From Neocallimastix sp. 'constans' (Eukaryota): a stretch of 64,000 nucleotides of DNA. The notes under the pieces are model-generated. The model worked only from the letters and a program-made list of their open reading frames with translations. It did not search any database and was not told where the DNA came from. Made by a program: the position numbers and the translations under genes. This document shows, in pieces, positions 38,216 to 48,449 of the stretch (positions are counted from its first letter, which is position 1; the number at the start of each line of letters is the position of its first letter). The stretch covers positions 496,001-560,000 of the forward strand of contig JBODTK010000102.1 of the NCBI GenBank assembly GCA_050613775.1, written 5' to 3'.

Positions 38216-39809
38216 ATATATAAAAACAATTATATAATATTAAAATATAATATAAATATAATATTATAATAGATAAATATGTTATATAAAATAAAATAAA
38301 GTAAAACAGTTAGTATTTAATATTGTTAATTTTTATGAAATTTATAAAGACTTATTTTTAAAAGTAAATAGGCAAAGTAAACAGAATAAGTGTTGTCATA
38401 TTATTATAAAGTTATAATGTTTTATATATATAATAATAAAGAATTGTTAGTCAATGTAATAATAAATTAAACAAAATAAATAATATATATATGACATAAA
38501 CAAACATAAACAATGAAAAGAAAAATAAAAAATAAACAAAAAAAAAAATTTATAAATTTAAATTGAGAGAAAGAAAAAATTTCGTAAATAATATAAAATG
38601 AATTTATTTAATTTAATTATTCCATTATAATTATAATTATTATTTTTTGTTATATTCATTTTAAATTATTTATAAAATATTTTCTTCCTAAAAAGAAGAG
38701 TTATTATTGTAAGAAATTACTTATAAAATTAATTATAAATAATTTCTTAACTACGAATTAACACTAATTATTACTAATTAACATTAATTTGAGAAAATAA
38801 AATTAAATATAATTAAATAAATATAAAATAATATAAATAAATAATTATACTTAACTTAAATATACGTTAGAGTTTATTATAGAAAGTTTATAATAAACAA
38901 TAACACAAAAGGAATAAAAGACACAAATATTTATAAAATACGTTTTATTAAAAAGGGTTTTGTTTATTAATTAATTATTTTATTTGAATTATTATTTATT
39001 ATAAAAATTCTAAAATAATAACTCTTGATTTCTTGAAGAGAACTCAAGAGAATCAAAAATATTTAAATTAATAATTAAATATTATTGGTTAAAATAAATA
39101 CAATAATTTAATGTATTAAATTAATGTATTAAATAAGAAAGATAGATAAATTTTATAATAAATTTATCTAAGTTTCTTACACAAATGTAAGAATCTATAA
39201 TTATTTTTAAATAAAATAATTATATTTTCTTAGTTAAGTTATAATTATAACTTTATTTAATTATATAATATTTATTCATTTAAATATTATTAATAATTTA
39301 TTAAACTCAATATTAAATAATCATTAATTTAATACAACAAATTTATTTAATTAATTATTATTTATACATTTATAAATAATTATAGTTTATTTAATTATAT
39401 ATTCAATTATTAAATTTATTAGTCTTAGTTTATTTATTTAATTAAATTGTAAACAAATATATTATGTATTCTAATATGTACTTAATAATGTATTCTGTAT
39501 TTTGTTTATTAATATCATTATTATGTTATTTTCCTTATTTGTAAATTTATGATTTTATGGTCGAAATATCTTTTATTATTTTATTCTTTTATTTTCGATC
39601 AATTAAATTAGATTAGCTAATCGGTCAATTAGGGTTTTTCCCAATCACTTTTTAAAAGTAATTGGTTTTACCTAATTGATACGATGATCGATATGGATAG
39701 AATATCGATCAAAAATCTTATCTAGGTTTTTCTCTCTAATCTTTTCCTAGATAAGAGATTTGTTAAGATTAGAAAACATTTTTTAATTTAACCTTATTTT
39801 TCAAAAAAG

Positions 39810-39856
39810 TATAAATAAAGCTCTTGAATTCTCTTTGAGAAATCAAGAGTTATTAT
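39810..39856 (+). promoter_or_regulatory. LTR TATA box, hairpin and putative transcript 5' end / self-primer
   Basis: TATAAATA at 39810-39817; CTCTTGA..TCAAGAG inverted repeat at 39821-39849; AAGAGTTATTAT at 39845-39856. Confidence 0.65.
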
Positions 39857-40150
39857 TATAACAATTATAATATAGTAATAACATTAATAAATTTTTTATA
39901 TTTCTATTTTAATAAAGTAAGTTTTAATAAAAAACAAATTTAAAAAAAAAATAAAATAAAATAATCTTTTCTCTTTGACTATTTTGTGTTATTAGTTTAT
40001 TATAATTAGTTATAATAAACTCTCTCTTATAGAAGATAAGTATATTTATCTTTTTTTTGTTTTCTCAATTTAATAATAATTATTATTTAGTTATTATTAA
40101 GTTGTAGTTAATAATTTAATTCTAATTAATTTTATAATTAAATTATTACA

Positions 40151-40162
40151 ATAATAACTCTT
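40151..40162 (+). promoter_or_regulatory. Primer-binding site, self-priming type
   Basis: ATAATAACTCTT follows the 5' LTR directly; no TGG; exact complement of 39845-39856. Confidence 0.78.
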
Positions 40163-40232
40163 ATCTAGAATAGATTAGTGTAGTACAAAGAAAATTTTAA
40201 ATAATACCAATATATTATTGAATTATGTAGTA

Positions 40233-40277
<45 letters not shown>

Positions 40278-40914
40278 TTTAAGATAAAACTTCAATATAT
40301 TTTTAATAATAAAATAATATAAAAATAATAAATTAAAACAATATATTAGAATAGAATAATTACAATAAAACGATACATATAGAATAGTCTAGAAATTAAG
40401 CAAAAAAAAAAAAAAAAAAAAAAATTTACATAAAATAATAATAAATTAAAACAATATATTAGAATAGAATAATTACAATAAAACGATACATATAGAATAG
40501 TCTAGAAATTAAGCAAAAAAAAAAAAAAAAAAAAAAAATTACATAAAATAATAATAAATTAAAACAATATATTAGAATAGAATAATTACAATAAAACGAT
40601 ATATATAGAATAGTCTAGAAATTAAGCAAAAAAAAAAAAAAAAAAAAAAATTTATATATTTGTACTATTATATATTAATGGATGGATAAATACATACTTT
40701 TAATAAATATATTACTATATATAAATGAATACATGACGTATATAAAATCACTATAATATATAAATAAATAAAACAAATAATATATATTGTGTAAATAGAT
40801 ATATATATATAAAAAAAAAAAAAAAAAAAAATTAGATAAACATAATTTATTAGAAATATTACAAAATTTTAAATCTACACTAATTATAATTTTTCACATA
40901 ACTTAATAAAACTA

Positions 40915-40950
<36 letters not shown>

Positions 40951-40954
<4 letters not shown>

Positions 40955-42384
40955 AAAACAATAGTGATATTCAAATTAATGAGCCTTTAGCAGACACACC
41001 ATCACCAATTTCACAGTCCATTACGTATAACGAAAATGCTTCTAAACTAATCTCTGCTATTACAGATTTCATACCTGCCTTCTTTTCGCCAAATGGAGTT
41101 CTTCAGAAAGAAAGTGATGTGAAAAACCAACCAAGTATTAGGGAAATAATTATCCATAGTGAAGACTTTATTAAGACTCATCCAAATACATTCAAAGATG
41201 ATGAGTCAAAAAACTCCTTTGTTATCAATAAACTAACAGGAACTGCAAGAAGATGGGGTCTCTCTTTGCTAACTGATGGGACTCTAAAGAAGTTAACATT
41301 TGAAAAATTCAAGAAACTTTTGTTAGAAAATTTCGATTCAGGTATTGAAAGGAAGCAGAAATACGTTATTATGGACAAATTGTGGAAGCTTAAACAATCT
41401 CAACTTGGTAGTGTCGCTGAATACACTATCGAATTCCGTAGGTTGGCGGGACGTCTTGGATGGCCTGACGAAGTGCTCATTGACATTATTGGAAAAGGAC
41501 TTGTGGATAAGGTGCGCGAAGAATTCGACAAGGTTGAGAAACCATCTACCTTGTTTGAAGCTACGAACACTATAATTGGAATAGATAAAAAATGTTATTT
41601 GGAAAGTAGTTTAAGGAATAAGACTAAGAATTTCAAGAAGAATCATAAATCCTTTCAAAAGAAGCGCAGAGAACTCACCAAAATCGAGAACTACAAGAAA
41701 CATTTTCACAATAAAAATAAACCTAAAAATGACATTCTCTCAGCCAACTATACTTCTAATGGAAACCCAACAATCACTACTGCCTTTTACTTAAATATAA
41801 ATGATAAAAATATTAGAACAAACTTTTTAATTGACTCCGGATCTGCTAGAAGTTTCATTTGTAGAAATTTCGCTAATAGTCACAAAATTCCATCATTAGG
41901 TTTATCCTCTCCAATTAATATCCAACTCCCAAATAGTAAAAGCATGAACATTAAACAAACTACAAAACCGCTTAAACTCAAGATTATGGACCATACAGAA
42001 CGTTTTGAATTTTGCATCGCAAACATAGCCCTCCAAGGAATCAATGGTATTCTTGGAAGAGATTGGCTCTCAGTTCATAATCCTTTCATTGATTACAAGA
42101 AAAATAAAATATTCTTTTTAGGTAAATACTGTGGTTCACATTGCCCTTCTTCAAGGAAATTCAAGTTCGCAAACCAAAACTCTAATTTCACTGCAACTAT
42201 GTTCGACAATCCCACAATTAACAATGCCGATCATGATTCTATCATTCCTGAATCAATCCCAGAAGATACTGTTTGTCATTCAGACTTGAGTGACTCCGAT
42301 TTATGTGCCGCTATGCCAACGAAAATAGACTCCGAAGGGAAAAAACCGAGGCATAAGAGAGATTCTCGACAAATACTATTCTGA
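40951..42384 (+). CDS. gag: Gypsy Gag (retrotrans_gag) plus aspartic protease
   Basis: KLTGTARRW, LKQSQLGSVAEYTIEFRRLA; FLIDSGSARSFI and ILGRDWL protease motifs. Confidence 0.93.
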
Positions 42385-42445
42385 TCTCATAATAGTATTT
42401 GAGAAAAATGAAGCTGAGAAGTTACCACCACACAGGGAATATGAT

Positions 42446-45043
42446 ATGTCAATTGATCTTATTCCTGGTGGCCAATTATTCTTCGGTCCAATCTACTCTC
42501 TTACCGTTCCGGAAATGAAAGCCTTGAAAGAGTATATTCAAGAAAATCTTAGAAAAAAGTTCATACGAAAATCAAAATCACCAGCAGGCGCTCCAGTTAT
42601 ATTTGTATTGAAACGCGATGGAACTCTCAGATTATGTGTCGATTATCGACGCTTGAATGCTATTACAATCCGTAATAGTTACCCGATTCCAAGAATAAAT
42701 GACTTAATGGAATCTTTTAAAGGTGCAATGATATTTACCCGTCTTGACTTAAGATCCGCCTACAACCTTATAAGAATTAAAGAAGGGCATGAATATCTTA
42801 CAGCGTTTAGAACTCCTTTAGGGCATTTCGAATATCTCGTAATGCCTTTCGGGCTTAGAAACGCGCCTTCCGTTTTCCAACGTTTCATTCATGATATACT
42901 TAACGACTGTATTGGTATTTTTGTTAGAGTTTACCTTGATGACATAATTATCTATTCCAAATCCTTAAAAGAGCATATTAACCATGTAAGAACTGTTTTA
43001 AAAATTCTTATTGATAATGGATTATATGCTAAATTAGAGAAATGTGAGTTTCATGTAACTGAAACCACATTCTTAGGCTTCACAGTTTCCAATAAAGGGC
43101 TAACTATGGATAAAAATAAGGTCAAATCAGTACTCGATTGGCCAAGTCCTAAAAATGTTAAAGAATTGCAAAGTTTCCTTGGATTATGTAATTTCTATAG
43201 AAAATTTATAAAAGACTTTGCAAAAAACATGGAACCCCTTCGCAAACTTTTAAAAAAGGAAAATCCTTTTATCTGGGATAAATCAGCTGAAGATGCTTTT
43301 CAAAAGTTAAAGGACTCTTTTAAAGCTGATGATTTTTTAATCTTTCCTGATCCTGATAAAGAATTTATAGTTGAAACCGATGCAAGTGATTTTGCAGTCG
43401 GATGTATACTTTCCCAGGTATCTAGTGAAGATAATCAATTGCATCCTGTGGCATTTCACTCCAGATCCCTTAATAAAGCAGAAGCTAATTATACTATCTA
43501 TGATAAAGAGCTTCTTGCTATTATTACTGCATTTGAAACCTGGAGACATCATCTTGAAGGTGCCAAGTTCCCAGTTCAAGTAATAACAGATCATAAGAAT
43601 CTGCTATACTTTAAAAAACCACAACATTTAAACCAACGACAAATTCGTTGGAGCCTTTTCCTGTCTAAATTCGACTATAGGATTGCGTATAGAGCTGGCT
43701 CAAAAAGTGGAAAGCCTGATGCTTTATCCAGGAGACCAGATTATAAATCCACACATCCCGTGGAACAACAATCCTTAATTAATAAGAATGCTTTTTGTTG
43801 TGCTACTAGCGATAATATAAGTAAACTTATTAAAGCACAGAAAGAAGACCAATATTGTCAAAATATCCTTTCTAAATTAAGAGATCAGTCGAAAAAACTA
43901 AATAGTTCTCTATTTACTCTCGTCGAGGGAATTCTTCATTTCCAAAAAAGAATTATTGTTCCATCTAGTCTCAGGGCATGGATTTTAAAATCCTTCCATG
44001 ATGCGCCTACTAGCGGCCACCAAGGGATAGAAAGGACCTTTGAAAAACTTAAAAGGTTCTACTGGTGGCCAAACATGAAGAAAGATGTTTCTAACTATGT
44101 TCTTTCGTGCAATGTCTGTTCCCGAAGTAAGATTCGGAGACATAAGCCATATGGTAAGCTAATACCACTTCCCATTCCTACAAAACCCTGGGAAGTAATT
44201 GGCGTGGATTTTATAGTCTCTCTGCCTTCTTCGCAAGACTGCACATGCATCATGATTGTTTCTGATCATTTAACAAAAATGGTCCATTTAGTGCCCTGCT
44301 CCGACGTTCCTTCCGCCGACCTAACCGCAAAATTACTGCTCTTCCAAGTCTTTAAACACCATGGTTTTCCAAAAGTTATTGTTTCCGACCACGGCTCTCA
44401 ATTCTCCTCCCAATTCTGGACCTCTTTATGTGATGCTATTAGAGCCAAACCAAGATTAGCAACGGCCCATCATCAGCAATCAAATGGTCAAGTGGAACGT
44501 GCCAATGCTGTTATTGAACAATATCTTCGTTGTTATTGTTCTTCCGCCCAGAATGAATGGTGCTATTATCTTCCCTTATGTGAAATGTCTTATAATAACT
44601 CCATCCATAAATCAATTGGCCAAACTCCTTTTCATGCTAACTATGGTTTCGATCCTAATTGTGTTATTGACTCCCCTCCTGTCTTACTAAGAGACACAGC
44701 TTCTATCCTTACTAGAGACTGGTCGTCACACTTTAATGCCCTCCGGCAACACTTAATAAAAGCCAAAGAAGATTTTAAGAAATATGCTGATAATAAAAAA
44801 TCTATAGGCCCTGACTTCAAAGTTAATGACTTGGTTATGCTTAAAAGATATTATTTTACAAATGAACCGTCCAAAAAGCTATCTTCTCAGTATCTTGGTC
44901 CATTTAAAATTATCGAAAAGGGGGAAAGAATGAATTACCGCTTGGAACTTCCAGAAAACTTACATCTTCATCCGGTATTTCATATCTCACAATTGGAGCC
45001 TTATACAGAGCGGAATAAAGAATTGAAAGAGCCATCATCGTAA
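42446..45043 (+). CDS. pol: Gypsy Pol: reverse transcriptase, RNase H, integrase (frame open from ~42329)
   Basis: LRLCVDYRRLN, MPFGLRNAP, VYLDD, ETDASDFA, HHCC (HDAPTSGH..CNVC), VDF/SDHGSQF/GQVERAN, GPF motif. Confidence 0.96.
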   Translation: MSIDLIPGGQLFFGPIYSLTVPEMKALKEYIQENLRKKFIRKSKSPAGAPVIFVLKRDGTLRLCVDYRRLNAITIRNSYPIPRINDLMESFKGAMIFTRLDLRSAYNLIRIKEGHEYLTAFRTPLGHFEYLVMPFGLRNAPSVFQRFIHDILNDCIGIFVRVYLDDIIIYSKSLKEHINHVRTVLKILIDNGLYAKLEKCEFHVTETTFLGFTVSNKGLTMDKNKVKSVLDWPSPKNVKELQSFLGLCNFYRKFIKDFAKNMEPLRKLLKKENPFIWDKSAEDAFQKLKDSFKADDFLIFPDPDKEFIVETDASDFAVGCILSQVSSEDNQLHPVAFHSRSLNKAEANYTIYDKELLAIITAFETWRHHLEGAKFPVQVITDHKNLLYFKKPQHLNQRQIRWSLFLSKFDYRIAYRAGSKSGKPDALSRRPDYKSTHPVEQQSLINKNAFCCATSDNISKLIKAQKEDQYCQNILSKLRDQSKKLNSSLFTLVEGILHFQKRIIVPSSLRAWILKSFHDAPTSGHQGIERTFEKLKRFYWWPNMKKDVSNYVLSCNVCSRSKIRRHKPYGKLIPLPIPTKPWEVIGVDFIVSLPSSQDCTCIMIVSDHLTKMVHLVPCSDVPSADLTAKLLLFQVFKHHGFPKVIVSDHGSQFSSQFWTSLCDAIRAKPRLATAHHQQSNGQVERANAVIEQYLRCYCSSAQNEWCYYLPLCEMSYNNSIHKSIGQTPFHANYGFDPNCVIDSPPVLLRDTASILTRDWSSHFNALRQHLIKAKEDFKKYADNKKSIGPDFKVNDLVMLKRYYFTNEPSKKLSSQYLGPFKIIEKGERMNYRLELPENLHLHPVFHISQLEPYTERNKELKEPSS

Positions 45044-46034
45044 AAGGAGCAATGTAAGAATCTATAATTATTTTTAAATAAAATAATTATATTTTCTTAG
45101 TTAAGTTATAATTATAACTTTATTTAATTATATAATATTTATTCATTTAAATATTATTAATAATTTATTAAACTCAATATTAAATAATCATTAATTTAAT
45201 ACAACAAATTTATTTAATTAATTATTATTTATACATTTATAAATAATTATAGTTTATTTAATTATATATTCAATTATTAAATTTATTAGTCTTAGTTTAT
45301 TTATTTAATTAAATTGTAAACAAATATATTATGTATTCTAATATGTACTTAATAATGTATTCTGTATTTTGTTTATTAATATCATTATTATGTTATTTTC
45401 CTTATTTGTAAATTTATGATTTTATGGTCGAAATATCTTTTATTATTTTATTCTTTTATTTTCGATCAATTAAATTAGATTAGCTAATCGGTCAATTAGG
45501 GTTTTTCCCAATCACTTTTTAAAAGTAATTGGTTTTACCTAATTGATACGATGATCGATATGGATAGAATATCGATCAAAAATCTTATCTAGGTTTTTCT
45601 CTCTAATCTTTTCCTAGATAAGAGATTTGTTAAGATTAGAAAACATTTTTTAATTTAACCTTATTTTTCAAAAAAGTATAAATAAAGCTCTTGAATTCTC
45701 TTTGAGAAATCAAGAGTTATTATTATAACAATTATAATATAGTAATAACATTAATAAATTTTTTATATTTCTATTTTAATAAAGTAAGTTTTAATAAAAA
45801 ACAAATTTAAAAAAAAAATAAAATAAAATAATCTTTTCTCTTTGACTATTTTGTGTTATTAGTTTATTATAATTAGTTATAATAAACTCTCTCTTATAGA
45901 AGATAAGTATATTTATCTTTTTTTTGTTTTCTCAATTTAATAATAATTATTATTTAGTTATTATTAAGTTGTAGTTAATAATTTAATTCAAATTAATTTT
46001 ATAATTAAATTATTACAACAAATTAAAACAAATT

Positions 46035-46107
46035 ATCCGAATAGTGTAGTGGTTATCACGTTTGCTTTACATGCAAAAGGTCTCCGGTTCGAACCCGGGT
46101 TCGGGTA
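46035..46107 (+). tRNA. trnV-UAC: tRNA-Val (anticodon UAC), 73 nt, intronless
   Basis: Acceptor ATCCGAA/TTCGGGT, D-arm GTGTAGTGGTTATCAC, anticodon arm TTTGC-TTTACAT-GCAAA, T-arm TCCGG-TTCGAAC-CCGGG. Confidence 0.95.
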
Positions 46108-46118
46108 GTTAAAAAGCC

Positions 46119-46124
46119 TTTTTT
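46119..46124 (+). terminator. RNA polymerase III terminator (T6)
   Basis: TTTTTT 11 nt downstream of the tRNA. Confidence 0.75.
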
Positions 46125-46674
46125 ATCTCTAAAAAGTAGATGTCGTAATAGATTTCAAGAATAATTTTTATTTATTTATTTATTTAGTTATTTATTACTG
46201 AATTTCATTTAATTACATATATATTTATATTTAAATATATATATTAAATTTTATTGATTATTATGAAATACTCAAAATTCATAATTTTGATGGTAAGCTT
46301 GGTAACCTTTTCTATGATACTCCTTTAATTAATGGCATTGTTCGATTTTTTTTTATAGTTCTCTAGTGGTTGCTTATCATAATAGGGATGCGAATAATCC
46401 CCTTCATCTTTATTTCTAATGCTCGTATAATCAGATAAGTAGTAAAAAAGGTTCTGACTTGGGTAGTAAAATAAAATATAAATAAACATTTAAATATGAA
46501 TTTTTAATATAACAAATTATATTAATAAATAAATCAAAAATTAATAGAATTAAAAATCATCAATTTTATTTCTTAAAACCAATAATATATTTTTTTACTA
46601 TTAAAAATAAAATAAATAATAATAATAAAAAAAAAATAAAATTGAAAATTCAAATTTTCATAAAGGATTTCAAA

Positions 46675-47850
46675 ATGGTTTAATTAAGAAGAAATCAAAA
46701 ACAAATTATTAATCTCACCGGAGAAGTTATCACTCATAATGGAATAACCTTTAACTATTCTTAAAACGTTTACAAAATTACTAAATTAAACACAGAAAAC
46801 TACCCTTGATGAAGAAGAAATATTCTTTTTGAAATTACAAATAAGCTAATCAAATATGTTCTTCATCCAGTTGTAAAGAAATTAATAAAAAGAAATATAA
46901 GAGAACAATTTACAGATTATACTAAGAATTAATTGATAAATCAATAGTTTACCAAAAAAATATTAAAAATGTTGATATAACTAACGAAATTACAACAAAA
47001 TGGATTATTATAAATGGTCTTGTGGAAGAATCTCAAAAATTAATAAATGGAAAAGAAAAAATAGGTTTCCAAATTTGGAACACCTTTCAAGTTTCATTTA
47101 CCAAATGTAAAGAAAAAGAAAAGATTGAAACTCAAAACAAAATTGAAATAATGAAGTTTGATACTAAAACTAACATCAATATCTTCATTCCCAAATTTTA
47201 AAATTAAAAGGAAGAACTTGAAAAAATTGACAATGATCTAAGTACTAGTACAAATATTGGCATTTTAAATTGATGTTTACCAGAAAATTTAAAATGGATA
47301 AATGTATTCCAACATAAGAATTGAAAATCAATTGGTTCATACGTAAAGGAAATTATTCTTAACATTTTTTATATAATTTAAAAAAAAAATTTTGTTCATG
47401 AAAACAAACATAACATTCTTCCTAATATTGAAATAAAAAATAATATGAACTTTTGAAATAAAAATAAAACAAGAAATAAAAGAAAAAACCTCTGAAGAAA
47501 TATTGGAAAATGTAACTAGTGTAGAAGAAGAGGATATATTATAAATGCAAATTTAGAAAAAATAATTTTCATTAAAAAACAAAACATAGTTAAATTCAAT
47601 AATAGAATTAAAAATAAAAGAAAATTTCAAAACGATATTTTTATATGAACCCTAAGTATTATGATACAACATTCTTAGATTCCTTTACTAAAGACTATAA
47701 TATAGAAAATAATATTAAATTTAATTATTCTAATGTTTAAAAAGAATTTTCAAATGAAGATAGTGACAAAAATTTCTTTCATGTTGGATTTTGGACTCTG
47801 GTCCTTCAATTAATATCACAAGTAATATTAATTTTCTTATCGACATTATA
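46675..47850 (+). pseudogene. gag: Heavily degraded copia family 1 gag-protease
   Basis: Collinear with the reverse complement of 35240-36435 (INLTGEVITHNGITFNYS; CWILDSG near 47785), with many stops. Confidence 0.85.
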
Positions 47851-48449
47851 ACTAATGAAGGTAAAAACAACAGGTGCAATTTGAAAAAGAAAAATTATTT
47901 AAAATATGTTTTATAAAAATAAATTTTATTAATATTAAAAAATTTAAAATAAAAATTAATTAATTAATTGATATAATATTTCAAATTACTTGTAAGTTAA
48001 TTTAAAGTTAATTAATAAAAGCTCCAAGAAAAAAAATTTCATTCGAAGTTCGCACCATTTATATTTTTAATGAAAAAAATATTTTAAAATTTAATAATAA
48101 TTTTAAAGAAATATTTAAAAATATGTTAGTAATAATTAATGATGAAAAACTTTTAGAAAATAAATATTAATTGATGAAAATGAATCTTATAAAAAAAATA
48201 AAATAATTTTTAAAATATAAATTTCAAAATTCATTTCGGTTGAATTAAAAACAGAAAGAATCTAAAATTTTTATAATTTATACAGAAAGCATTTAAAAGA
48301 AATTAAACTTAATATTTAATAAAATAATTAATTTTACAAAATGATTTTAAATTTTATATTTCCTTTTTCACTATTATCTTTGTTGAAAAAATACTTGATT
48401 GAAATATGTTTTAATTTGGTGTTTATTTCATCATTTTTTATATTTGTTT

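Larger units (their letters stand above)
29592..39181 (-). mobile_element. Non-autonomous gypsy-derived LTR element (family K): LTRs 29592-30062 and 38708-39181, non-coding interior, nested copia
   Basis: Two near-identical ~472-bp TG..CA direct repeats. PBS at 38696-38707, PPT at 30063-30073. TSD CAAAT at 29587-29591; the right copy is 39182-39185 and is restored at 46019-46023. Confidence 0.88.
39186..46017 (+). mobile_element. Near-intact Ty3/gypsy (Tf1/chromovirus-like) LTR retrotransposon, family A
   Basis: 965-bp LTRs at 39186-40150 and 45053-46017 (one mismatch seen), ACAAA TSD (39181-39185, 46018-46022), PPT AAAAGGAGCAA (45042-45052), gag-PR-RT-RH-IN order. Confidence 0.97.

Noticed and set aside
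37744..38269. Phe/Tyr-rich ORFs
   Set aside because: Translations of simple-sequence repeats.
41178..44690. Short overlapping or antisense ORFs within gypsy gag/pol
   Set aside because: Shadow ORFs of the long coding frames; no motifs.
46675..47850. RIP-like hypermutation in decayed copies
   Set aside because: AT-directed changes are visible, but I cannot show a dinucleotide bias without alignment, and the young duplicated LTRs are unmutated.
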